Below are positions 24,901 through 37,100 of a stretch of 64,000 bases of DNA, piece by piece (the first letter of the stretch is position 1; each line of letters opens with the position of its first letter). Under the pieces are notes generated by a model. That model saw only the letters and a list, made by a program, of their open reading frames with translations, did no database searches and was not told the DNA's origin. The translations under genes and the position numbers were made by a program. The stretch covers positions 249,178,001-249,242,000 of the forward strand of contig OZ024741.1 in NCBI GenBank assembly GCA_964016885.1, read 5' to 3'. The DNA comes from Eledone cirrhosa (lineage: Eukaryota).

Positions 24901-27348
24901 TAAAAAAAAATCAGGGGGAGATAATTTGTAAAAAAAAAATCAGGGGGAGATAATTTGTAAAAAAATCAAGGGGAGATAATTTCCAGCCGTCCAAGGGGAG
25001 ATAATTTTCAGCCGTCCAAGGAGAGGTAATTTCTAGCCGTCCAAGGGGAGATAATTTCCAGCCGTCCAAGGGGAGATAATTTTTTTAAAAAAATCAGGCG
25101 GAGATAATTTGTAAACAAAAATCAGGGGGAGATAATTTGTAAAAAAAAATCAGGGGGAGATAATTTGTAAAAAAAAATCAGGGGGAGATAATTTGTAAAA
25201 AAAATCAAGGGGAGATAATTTCCAGCCGTCCAAGGGGAGGTAATATCTAGCCATCCAAGGGGAGATAATTTCCAGCCGTCCAAGGGGAGATATTTTCCAG
25301 CCGTCCAAGGAGAGGTAATTTCTAGCCGTCCAAGGGGAGATAAGTTCCTGCCTCCAAGGGGAGATAATTTCCAGCCAGCCAAGGGGAGATAATTTGTAAA
25401 AAAATCAGGGGGAGATAATTTGTAAAAAAAAAATCAGGGGGAGATAATTTGTAAAAAAATCAGGGGGAGATAATTTGTAAAAAAAAAATCAGGGGGAGAT
25501 AATTTGTAAAAAAAATCAGGGGGAGATAATTTGTAAAAAAAATCAGGGGTAGATAATTTGTAAAAAAAATCAGGGGGAGATAATTTGTAAAAAAAATCAG
25601 GGGGAGATAATTTGTAAAAAAAATCAGGGGTAGATAATTTTCAGCCCTCCAAGGGGAGATAATTTCCATCCTTCCAAGGGGAGATAATTTCCAGCCGTCC
25701 AAGGGGAGATAATTTCCCGCCAGCCAAGGAGAGATAACATTTAAAAAAATCAGGCGGAGATAATTTGTAAAAAAAAATCAGGGGGAGATAATTTGTAAAA
25801 AAAATCAAGGGGAGATAATTTCCAGCCGTCCAAGGGGAGGTAATATCTAGCCATCCAAGGGGAGATAATTTCCAGCCGTCCAAGGGGAGATAATTTCCAG
25901 CCGTCCAAGGGGAGATAATATCCAGCCGTCCAAGGAGACATATTTTCCAGCCGTCCAAGGAGACGTAATTTCTAGCCGTCCAAGGGGAGATAAGTTCCAG
26001 CCTCCAAGGGGAGATAATTTCCAGCCAGCCAAGGGGAGATAATTTGTAAAAAAATTAGGGGGAGATAATTTGTAAAAAAAAATTAGGGGGAGATAATTTG
26101 TAAAAAAAAATCAGGGGGAGATAATTTGTAAAAAAAAATCAGGGGGAGATAATTTGTAAAAAAAAATCAGGGGGAGATAATTTGTAAAAAAAAAATCAGG
26201 CGGAGATAATTTGTAAAAAAATCAAGGGGAGATAATTTCCAGCCGTCCAAGGGGAGATAATTTTCAGCCGTCCAAGGAGAGGTAATTTCTAGCCGTCCAA
26301 GGGGAGATAATTTCCAGCCGTCCAAGGGGAGATAATTTTTTTAAAATAATCAGGCGGAGATAATTTGTAAACAAAAATCAGGGGGAGATAATTTGTAAAA
26401 AAAAATCAGGGGGAGATAATTTGTAAAAAAAATCAGGGGGAGATAATTTGTAAAAAAAATCAAGGGGAGATAATTTGTAAAAAAAAATCAGGGGTAGATA
26501 ATTTGTAAAAAAAAATCAGGGGGAGATAATTTGTAAAAAAAAAATCAGGGGGAGATAATTTGTAAAAAAATCAAGGGGAGATAATTTCCAGCCGTCCAAG
26601 GGGAGATAATTTTAAGCCGTCCAAGGAGAGGTAATTTCTAGCCGTCCAAGGGGAGATAATTTCCAGCCAGCCAAGGGGAGATAATTTGTAAAAAAATCAG
26701 GGGTAGATAATTTGTAAAAAAAAATCAGGGGGAGATAATTTGTAAAAAAAATCAGGGGGAGATAATTTGTAAAAAAAATCAGGGGTAGATAATTTCCAGC
26801 CGTCCAAGGGGAGATAATTTCCATCCTTCCAAGGGGAGATAATTTCCAGCCGTCCAAGGGGAGATAATTTCCCGCCAGCCAAGGAGAGATAACATTTAAA
26901 AAAATCAGGCGGAGATAATTTGTAAAAAAAATCAGGGGGAGATAATTTGTAAAAAAATCAGGGGGAGATAATTTGTAAAAAAAATCAGGGGTAGATAATT
27001 TCCAGCCGTCCAAGGGGAGATAATTTCCATCCTTCCAAGGGGAGATAATTTCCAGCCGTCCAAGGGGAGATAATTTCCCGCCAGCCAAGGAGAGATAATA
27101 TTTAAAAAAATCAGGCGGAGATAATTTGTAAAAAAAATCAGGGGGAGATAATTTGTAAAAAAATCAGGGGGAGATAATTTGTAAAAAAAAATCAGGGGAG
27201 ATAATTTGTAAAAAAAATCAGGGGGTGATAATTTGTAAAAAAAATCAGGGGTAGATAATTTGTAAAAAAAAATCAGGGGGAGATAATTTGTAAAAAAAAA
27301 ATCAGGGGGAGATAATTTGTAAAAAAATCAAGGGGAGATAATTTCCAA

Positions 27349-28141
27349 CCGTCCAAGGGGAGATAATTTCCCGCCAGCCAAGGAGAGATAACATTTAAAA
27401 AAATCAGGCGGAGATAATTTGTAAAAAAAATCAGGGGGAGATAATTTGTAAAAAAATCAGGGGGAGATAATTTGTAAAAAAAATCAGGGGAAGATAATTT
27501 GTAAAAAAAATCAGGGGTAGATAATTTGTAAAAAAAATCAGGGGGAGATAATTTGTAAAAAAAATCAGGGGTAGATAATTTCCCGCCAGGGGAGATAATT
27601 TCCCGCCAGCCAAGGAGAGATAATATTTAAAAAAATCAGGCGGAGATAATTTGTAAAAAAAATCAGGGGGAGATAATTTGTAAAAAAATCAAGGGGAGAT
27701 AATTTCCAGCCGTCCAAGGGGAGATAATTTCCATCCTTCCAAGGGGAGATAATTTCCAGCCGTCCAAGGGGAGATAATTTCCCGCCAGCCAAGGAGAGAT
27801 AACATTTAAAAAAATCAGGCGGAGATAATTTGTAAAAAAAATCAGGGGGAGATAATTTGTAAAAAAATCAGGGGGAGATAATTTGTAAAAAAAATCAGGG
27901 GAAGATAATTTGTAAAAAAAATCAGGGGTAGATAATTTGTAAAAAAAATCAGGGGGAGATAATTTGTAAAAAAAATCAGGGGTAGATAATTTCCCGCCAG
28001 GGGAGATAATTTCCCGCCAGCCAAGGAGAGATAATATTTAAAAAAATCAGGCGGAGATAATTTGTAAAAAAAATCAGGGGGAGATAATTTGTAAAAAAAT
28101 CAAGGGGAGATAATTTCCAGCCGTCCAAGGGGAGATAATTT
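27349..28141 (+). repeat. Local 411-bp-period duplication at the 22-kb junction
   Basis: Identical 60-aa pseudo-ORFs at 27431 and 27842. The markers GGGGAAGAT and CCCGCCAGGGG each occur twice here but once at 5.4-5.6 kb. Confidence 0.9.
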
Positions 28142-31100
28142 TCAGCCGTCCAAGGAGAGGTAATTTCTAGCCGTCCAAGGGGAGATAATTTCCAGCCGTC
28201 CAAGGGGAGATAATTTTTTTAAAAAAATCAGGCGGAGATAATTTGTAAACAAAAATCAGGGGGAGATAATTTGTAAAAAAAAATCAGGGGGAGATAATTT
28301 GTAAAAAAAAATCAGGGGGAGATAATTTGTAAAAAAAATCAAGGGGAGATAATTTCCAGCCGTCCAAGGGGAGGTAATATCTAGCCATCCAAGGGGAGAT
28401 AATTTCCAGCCGTCCAAGGGGAGATAATTTCCAGCCGTCCAAGGGGAGATAATATCCAGCCGTCCAAGGAGACATATTTTCCAGCCGTCCAAGGAGACGT
28501 AATTTCTAGCCGTCCAAGGGGAGATAAGTTCCAGCCTCCAAGGGGAGATAATTTCCAGCCAGCCAAGGGGAGATAATTTGTAAAAAAATTAGGGGGAGAT
28601 AATTTGTAAAAAAAAATTAGGGGGAGATAATTTGTAAAAAAAAATCAGGGGGAGATAATTTGTAAAAAAAAATCAGGGGGAGATAATTTGTAAAAAAAAT
28701 CAAGGGGAGATAATTTCCAGCCGTCCAAGGGGAGATAATTTTCAGCCGTCCAAGGAGAGGTAAATTCTAGCCGTCCAAGGAGATATAATTTCCAGCCGTC
28801 CAAGGGGAGATAATTTCCAGCCGTCCAAGGGGAGATAATTTTTAAAAAAAAATCAGGCGGAGATAATTTGTAAACAAAAATCAGGGGGAGATAATTTTTT
28901 AAAAAAAATCAGGGGGAGATAATTTGTAAAAAAAAATCAGGGGGAGATAATTTGTAAAAAAAATCAAGGGGAGATAATTTCCAGCCGTCCAAGGGGAGGT
29001 AATATCTAGCCATCCAAGGGGAGATAATTTCCAGCCGTCCAAGGAGAGATAATATCCAGCCGTCCAAGGAGACATATTTTCCAGCCGTCCAAGAAGAGGT
29101 AATTTCTAGCCGTCCAAGGGGAGATAAGTTCCAGCCTCCAAGGGGAGATAATTTCCAGCCAGCCAAGGGGAGATAATTTGTAAAAAAATCAGGGGGGAGA
29201 TAATTTGTAAAAAAAATCAGGGGGAGATAATTTGAAAAAAAAATCAGGGGGAGATAATTTGTAAAAAATATCAAGGGGAGATAATTTCCAGCCCTCCAAG
29301 GGGCTATAATTTCCAGCCGTGCAAGGGGAGATAATTTCCAGCCGTCCAAGGGGAGATAATTTCCATCCTTCCAAGGGGAGATAATTTCCAGCCGTCCAAG
29401 GGGAGATAATTTCCCGCCAGCCAAGGGAAGATAATTTTTTTAAAAATCAGGCGGAGATTGTAAAAAAAATCAGGGGGAGATAATTTGTAAAAAAATCAGG
29501 GGGAGATAATTTGTAAAAAAAAAATCAGGGGGAGATAATTTGTAAAAAAAAATCAGGGGGAGATAATTTGTAAAAAAAATCAGGGAGAGATAATTTGTAA
29601 AAAAAATCAGGGGTAGATAATTTGTAAAAAAAATCAGGGGGAGATAATTTGTAAAAAAAATCAGGGGGAGATAATTTGTAAAAAAAATCAGGGGTAGATA
29701 ATTTTCAGCCGTCCAAGGGGAGATAATTTCCATCCTTCCAAGGGGAGATAATTTCCAGCCGTCCAAGGGGAGATAATTTCCCGCCAGCCAAGGAGAGATA
29801 ACATTTAAAAAAATCAGGCGGAGATAATTTGTAAAAAAATCAGGGGGAGATAATTTGTAAAAAAAATCAGGGGTAGATAATTTCCAGCCGTCCAAGGGGA
29901 GATAATTTCCATCCTTCCGAGGGGAGATAATTTCCAGCCGTCCAAGGGGAGATAATTTCCCGCCAGCCAAGGAGAGATAATATTTAAAAAAATCAGGCGG
30001 AGATAATTTGTAAAAAAAATCAGGGGGAGATAATTTGTAAAAAAAAATCAGGGGGAGATAATTTGTAAAAAAAAATCAGGGGGAGATAATTTGTAAAAAA
30101 AAATCAGGGGTAGATAATTTGTAAAAAAAAATCAGGGGGAGATAATTTGTAAAAAAAAAATCAAGGGGAGATAATTTCCAGCCGTCCAAGGGGAGATAAT
30201 TTTCAGCCGTCCAAGGAGAGGTAATTTCTAGCCGTCCAAGGGGAGATAATTTCCAGCCAGCCAAGGGGAGATAATTTCCCGCCAGCCAAGGAGAGATAAC
30301 ATTTAAAAAAATCAGGCGGAGATAATTTGTAAAAAAAATCAGGGGGAGATAATTTGTAAAAAAATCAGGGGGAGATAATTTGTAAAAAAAATCAGGGGTA
30401 GATAATTTCCAGCCGTCCAAGGGGAGATAATTTCCATCCTTCCAAGGGGAGATAATTTCCAGCCGTCCAAGGGGAGATAATTTCCCGCCAGCCAAGGAGA
30501 GATAATATTTAAAAAAATCAGGCGGAGATAATTTGTAAAAAAAATCAGGGGGAGATAATTTGTAAAAAAATCAGGGGGAGATAATTTGTAAAAAAAAATC
30601 AGGGGAGATAATTTGTAAAAAAAATCAGGGGGAGATAATTTGTAAAAAAAAATCAGGGGTAGATAATTTGTAAAAAAAAATCAGGGGGAGATAATTTGTA
30701 AAAAAAAAATCAGGGGGAGATAATTTGTAAAAAAATCAAGGGGAGATAATTTCCAGCCGTCCAAAGGGAGATAATTTTCAGCCGTCCAAGGAGGTAATTT
30801 CTAGCCGTCCAAGGGGAGATAATTTCCAGCCGTCCAAGGGGAGATAATTTTTTTAAAAAAATCAGGCGGAGATAATTTGTAAACAAAAATCAGGGGGAGA
30901 TAATTTGTAAAAAAAAATCAGGGGGAGATAATTTGTAAAAAAAAATCAGGGGGAGATAATTTGTAAAAAAAATCAAGGGGAGATAATTTCCAGCCGTCCA
31001 AGGGGAGGTAATATCTAGCCATCCAAGGGGAGATAATTTCCAGCCGTCCAAGGGGAGATAATTTCCAGCCGTCCAAGGGGAGATAATATCCAGCCGTCCA

Positions 31101-34100
31101 AGGAGACATATTTTCCAGCCGTCCAAGGAGAGGTAATTTCTAGCCGTCCAAGGGGAGATAAGTTCCAGCCTCCAAGGGGAGATAATTTCCAGCCAGCCAA
31201 GGGGAGATAATTTATAAAAAATCAGCGGGAGATAATTTTTAAAAAAAAAATCAGGGGGAGATAATTTGTAAAAAAATCAGGGGGAGATAATTTGTAAAAA
31301 AAAAATCAGGGGGAGATAATTTGTAAAAAAAATCAGGGGGAGATAATTTGTAAAAAAAATCAGGGGTAGATAATTTGTAAAAAAAATCAGGGGGAGATAA
31401 TTTGTAAAAAAAATCAGGGGGAGATAATTTGTAAAAAAAATCAGGGGTAGATAATTTGTAAAAAAAAATCAGGGGGAGATAATTTGTAAAAAAAATCAGG
31501 GGGAGATAATTTGTAAAAAAAATCAGGGGTAGATAATTTCCAGCCGTCCAAGGGGAGATAATTTCCATCCTTCCAAGGGGAGATAATTTCCAGCCGTCCA
31601 AGGGGAGATAATTTCCCGCCAGCCAAGGAGAGATAACATTTAAAAAAATCAGGCGGAGATAATTTGTAAAAAAAATCAGGGGGAGATAATTTGTAAAAAA
31701 ATCAGGGGGAGATAATTTGTAAAAAAAATCAGGGGTAGATAATTTCCAGCCGTCCAAGGGGAGATAATTTCCATCCTTCCAAGGGGAGATAATTTCCAGC
31801 CGTCCAAGGGGAGATAATTTCCCGCCAGCCAAGGAGAGATAATATTTAAAAAAATATGCGGAGATAATTTGTAAAAAAAATCAGGGGGAGATAATTTGTA
31901 AAAAAATCAGGGGGAGATAATTTTTAAAAAAAATCAGGGGGAGATAATTTGTAAAAAAAATCAGGGGTAGATAATTTGTAAAAAAAATCAGGGGGAGATA
32001 ATTTGTAAAAAAAATCAGGGGGAGATAATTTGTAAAAAAAATCAGGGGTAGATAATTTCCCGCCAGGGGAGATAATTTCCCGCCAGCCAAGGAGAGATAA
32101 TATTTAAAAAAATCAGGCGGAGATAATTTGTAAAAAAAATCAGGGGGAGATAATTTGTAAAAAAATCAAGGGGAGATAATTTCCAGCCGTCCAAGGGGAG
32201 ATAATTTTCAGCCGTCCAAGGAGAGGTATTTTCTAGCCGTCCAAGGGGAGATAATTTCCAGCCGTCCAAGGGGAGATAATTTTTTAAAAAAAATCAGGCG
32301 GAGATAATTTGTAAACAAAAATCAGGGGGAGATAATTTGTAAAAAAAAATCAGGGGGAGATAATTTGTAAAAAAAAATCAGGGGGAGATAATTTGTAAAA
32401 AAAATCAAGGGGAGATAATTTCCAGCCGTCCAAGGGGAGGTAATATCTAGCCATCCAAGGGGAGATAATTTCCAGCCGTCCAAGGGGAGATAATTTCCAG
32501 CCGTCCAAGGGGAGATAATATCCAGCCGTCCAAGGAGACATATTTTCCAGCCGTCCAAGGAGACGTAATTTCTAGCCGTCCAAGGGGAGATAAGTTCCAG
32601 CCTCCAAGGGGAGATAATTTCCAGCCAGCCAAGGGGAGATAATTTGTAAAAAAATTAGGGGGAGATAATTTGTAAAAAAAAATTAGGGGGAGATAATTTG
32701 TAAAAAAAAATCAGGGGGAGATAATTTGTAAAAAAAAATCAGGGGGAGATAATTTGTAAAAAAAATCAAGGGGAGATAATTTCCAGCCGTCCAAGGGGAG
32801 ATAATTTTCAGCCGTCCAAGGAGAGGTAAATTCTAGCCGTCCAAGGAGATATAATTTCCAGCCGTCCAAGGGGAGATAATTTCCAGCCGTCCAAGGGGAG
32901 ATAATTTTTAAAAAAAAATCAGGCGGAGATAATTTGTAAACAAAAATCAGGGGGAGATAATTTTTTAAAAAAAATCAGGGGGAGATAATTTGTAAAAAAA
33001 AATCAGGGGGAGATAATTTGTAAAAAAAATCAAGGGGAGATAATTTCCAGCCGTCCAAGGGGAGGTAATATCTAGCCATCCAAGGGGAGATAATTTCCAG
33101 CCGTCCAAGGGGAGATAATATCCAGCCGTCCAAGGAGACATATTTTCCAGCCGTCCAAGGAGAGGTAATTTCTAGCCGTCCAAGGGGAGATAAGTTCCAG
33201 CCTCCAAGGGGAGATAATTTCCAGCCAGCCAAGGGGAGATAATTTGTAAAAAAATCAGGGGGGAGATAATTTGTAAAAAAAATCAGGGGGAGATAATTTG
33301 AAAAAAAAATCAGGGGGAGATAATTTGTAAAAAATATCAAGGGGAGATAATTTCCAGCCCTCCAAGGGGCTATAATTTCCAGCCGTGCAAGGGGAGATAA
33401 TTTCCAGCCGTCCAAGGGGAGATAATTTCCATCCTTCCAAGGGGAGATAATTTCCAGCCGTCCAAGGGGAGATAATTTCCCGCCAGCCAAGGGAAGATAA
33501 TTTTTTTAAAAATCAGGCGGAGATTGTAAAAAAAATCAGGGGGAGATAATTTGTAAAAAAATCAGGGGGAGATAATTTGTAAAAAAAAAATCAGGGGGAG
33601 ATAATTTGTAAAAAAAAATCAGGGGGAGATAATTTGTAAAAAAAATCAGGGGGAGATAATTTGTAAAAAAAATCAGGGGTAGATAATTTGTAAAAAAAAT
33701 CAGGGGGAGATAATTTGTAAAAAAAATCAGGGGGAGATAATTTGTAAAAAAAATCAGGGGTAGATAATTTTCAGCCGTCCAAGGGGAGATAATTTCCATC
33801 CTTCCAAGGGGAGATAATTTCCAGCCGTCCAAGGGGAGATAATTTCCCGCCAGCCAAGGAGAGATAACATTTAAAAAAATCAGGCGGAGATAATTTGTAA
33901 AAAAATCAGGGGGAGATAATTTGTAAAAAAAATCAGGGGTAGATAATTTCCAGCCGTCCAAGGGGAGATAATTTCCATCCTTCCAAGGGGAGATAATTTC
34001 CAGCCGTCCAAGGGGAGATAATTTCCCGCCAGCCAAGGAGAGATAATATTTAAAAAAATCAGGCGGAGATAATTTGTAAAAAAAATCAGGGGGAGATAAT

Positions 34101-37100
34101 TTGTAAAAAAAAATCAGGGGGAGATAATTTGTAAAAAAAAATCAGGGGGAGATAATTTGTAAAAAAAAATCAGGGGTAGATAATTTGTAAAAAAAAATCA
34201 GGGGGAGATAATTTGTAAAAAAAAAATCAAGGGGAGATAATTTCCAGCCGTCCAAGGGGAGATAATTTTCAGCCGTCCAAGGAGAGGTAATTTCTAGCCG
34301 TCCAAGGGGAGATAATTTCCAGCCAGCCAAGGGGAGATAATTTCCCGCCAGCCAAGGAGAGATAACATTTAAAAAAATCAGGCGGAGATAATTTGTAAAA
34401 AAAATCAGGGGGAGATAATTTGTAAAAAAATCAGGGGGAGATAATTTGTAAAAAAAATCAGGGGTAGATAATTTCCAGCCGTCCAAGGGGAGATAATTTC
34501 CATCCTTCCAAGGGGAGATAATTTCCAGCCGTCCAAGGGGAGATAATTTCCCGCCAGCCAAGGAGAGATAATATTTAAAAAAATCAGGCGGAGATAATTT
34601 GTAAAAAAAATCAGGGGGAGATAATTTGTAAAAAAATCAGGGGGAGATAATTTGTAAAAAAAAATCAGGGGAGATAATTTGTAAAAAAAATCAGGGGGAG
34701 ATAATTTGTAAAAAAAAATCAGGGGTAGATAATTTGTAAAAAAAAATCAGGGGGAGATAATTTGTAAAAAAAAAATCAGGGGGAGATAATTTGTAAAAAA
34801 ATCAAGGGGAGATAATTTCCAGCCGTCCAAAGGGAGATAATTTTCAGCCGTCCAAGGAGGTAATTTCTAGCCGTCCAAGGGGAGATAATTTCCAGCCGTC
34901 CAAGGGGAGATAATTTTTTTAAAAAAATCAGGCGGAGATAATTTGTAAACAAAAATCAGGGGGAGATAATTTGTAAAAAAAAATCAGGGGGAGATAATTT
35001 GTAAAAAAAAATCAGGGGGAGATAATTTGTAAAAAAAATCAAGGGGAGATAATTTCCAGCCGTCCAAGGGGAGGTAATATCTAGCCATCCAAGGGGAGAT
35101 AATTTCCAGCCGTCCAAGGGGAGATAATTTCCAGCCGTCCAAGGGGAGATAATATCCAGCCGTCCAAGGAGACATATTTTCCAGCCGTCCAAGGAGAGGT
35201 AATTTCTAGCCGTCCAAGGGGAGATAAGTTCCAGCCTCCAAGGGGAGATAATTTCCAGCCAGCCAAGGGGAGATAATTTGTAAAAAAATCAGGGGGAGAT
35301 AATTTGTAAAAAAAAAATCAGGGGGAGATAATTTGTAAAAAAATCAGGGGGAGATAATTTGTAAAAAAAAAATCAGGGGGAGATAATTTGTAAAAAAAAT
35401 CAGGGGGAGATAATTTGTAAAAAAAATCAGGGGTAGATAATTTGTAAAAAAAATCAGGGGGAGATAATTTGTAAAAAAAATCAGGGGGAGATAATTTATA
35501 AAAAAAATCAGGGGTAGATAATTTGTAAAAAAAAATCAGGGGGAGATAATTTGTAAAAAAAATCAGGGGGAGATAATTTGTAAAAAAAATCAGGGGTAGA
35601 TAATTTCCAGCCGTCCAAGGGGAGATAATTTCCATCCTTCCAAGGGGAGATAATTTCCAGCCGTCCAAGGGGAGATAATTTCCCGCCAGCCAAGGAGAGA
35701 TAACATTTAAAAAAATCAGGCGGAGATAATTTGTAAAAAAAATCAGGGGGAGATAATTTGTAAAAAAATCAGGGGGAGATAATTTGTAAAAAAAATCAGG
35801 GGTAGATAATTTCCAGCCGTCCAAGGGGAGATAATTTCCATCCTTCCAAGGGGAGATAATTTCCAGCCGTCCAAGGGGAGATAATTTCCCGCCAGCCAAG
35901 GAGAGATAATATTTAAAAAAATCAGGCGGAGATAATTTGTAAAAAAAATCAGGGGGAGATAATTTGTAAAAAAATCAGGGGGAGATAATTTGTAAAAAAA
36001 AATCAGGGGAGATAATTTGTAAAAAAAATCAGGGGGAGATAATTTGTAAAAAAAAATCAGGGGTAGATAATTTGTAAAAAAAAATCAGGGGGAGATAATT
36101 TGTAAAAAAAAAATCAGGGGGAGATAATTTGTAAAAAAATCAAGGGGAGATAATTTCCAGCCGTCCAAAGGGAGATAATTTTCAGCCGTCCAAGGAGGTA
36201 ATTTCTAGCCGTCCAAGGGGAGATAATTTCCAGCCGTCCAAGGGGAGATAATTTTTTTAAAAAAATCAGGCGGAGATAATTTGTAAACAAAAATCAGGGG
36301 GAGATAATTTGTAAAAAAAAATCAGGGGGAGATAATTTGTAAAAAAAAATCAGGGGGAGATAATTTGTAAAAAAAATCAAGGGGAGATAATTTCCAGCCG
36401 TCCAAGGGGAGGTAATATCTAGCCATCCAAGGGGAGATAATTTCCAGCCGTCCAAGGGGAGATAATTTCCAGCCGTCCAAGGGGAGATAATATCCAGCCG
36501 TCCAAGGAGACATATTTTCCAGCCGTCCAAGGAGAGGTAATTTCTAGCCGTCCAAGGGGAGATAAGTTCCAGCCTCCAAGGGGAGATAATTTCCAGCCAG
36601 CCAAGGGGAGATAATTTGTAAAAAAATCAGGGGGAGATAATTTGTAAAAAAAAAATCAGGGGGAGATAATTTGTAAAAAAATCAGGGGGAGATAATTTGT
36701 AAAAAAAAAATCAGGGGGAGATAATTTGTAAAAAAAATCAGGGGGAGATAATTTGTAAAAAAAATCAGGGGTAGATAATTTGTAAAAAAAATCAGGGGGA
36801 GATAATTTGTAAAAAAAATCAGGGGGAGATAATTTGTAAAAAAAATCAGGGGTAGATAATTTTCAGCCCTCCAAGGGGAGATAATTTCCATCCTTCCAAG
36901 GGGAGATAATTTCCAGCTGTCCAAGGGGAGATAATTTCCCGCCAGCCAAGGAGAGATAACATTTAAAAAAATCAGGCGGAGATAATTTGTAAAAAAAATC
37001 AGGGGGAGATAATTTGTAAAAAAATCAGGGGGAGATAATTTGTAAAAAAAATCAGGGGTAGATAATTTCCAGCCGTCCAAGGGGAGATAATTTCCATCCT

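Larger units (their letters stand above)
5331..27369 (+). repeat. About 22-kb tandem segmental duplication, copy 1
   Basis: Matches copy 2 at offsets 22429, then 22428, then 22222. Shared private variants include CCTTCCGAGG (about 7488/29917), AATATGCGG (about 9424/31853), GCGGATAT (about 16011/38233), CCATGG (18518/40740) and CAGTGTGAG (22603/44825). Confidence 0.93.
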
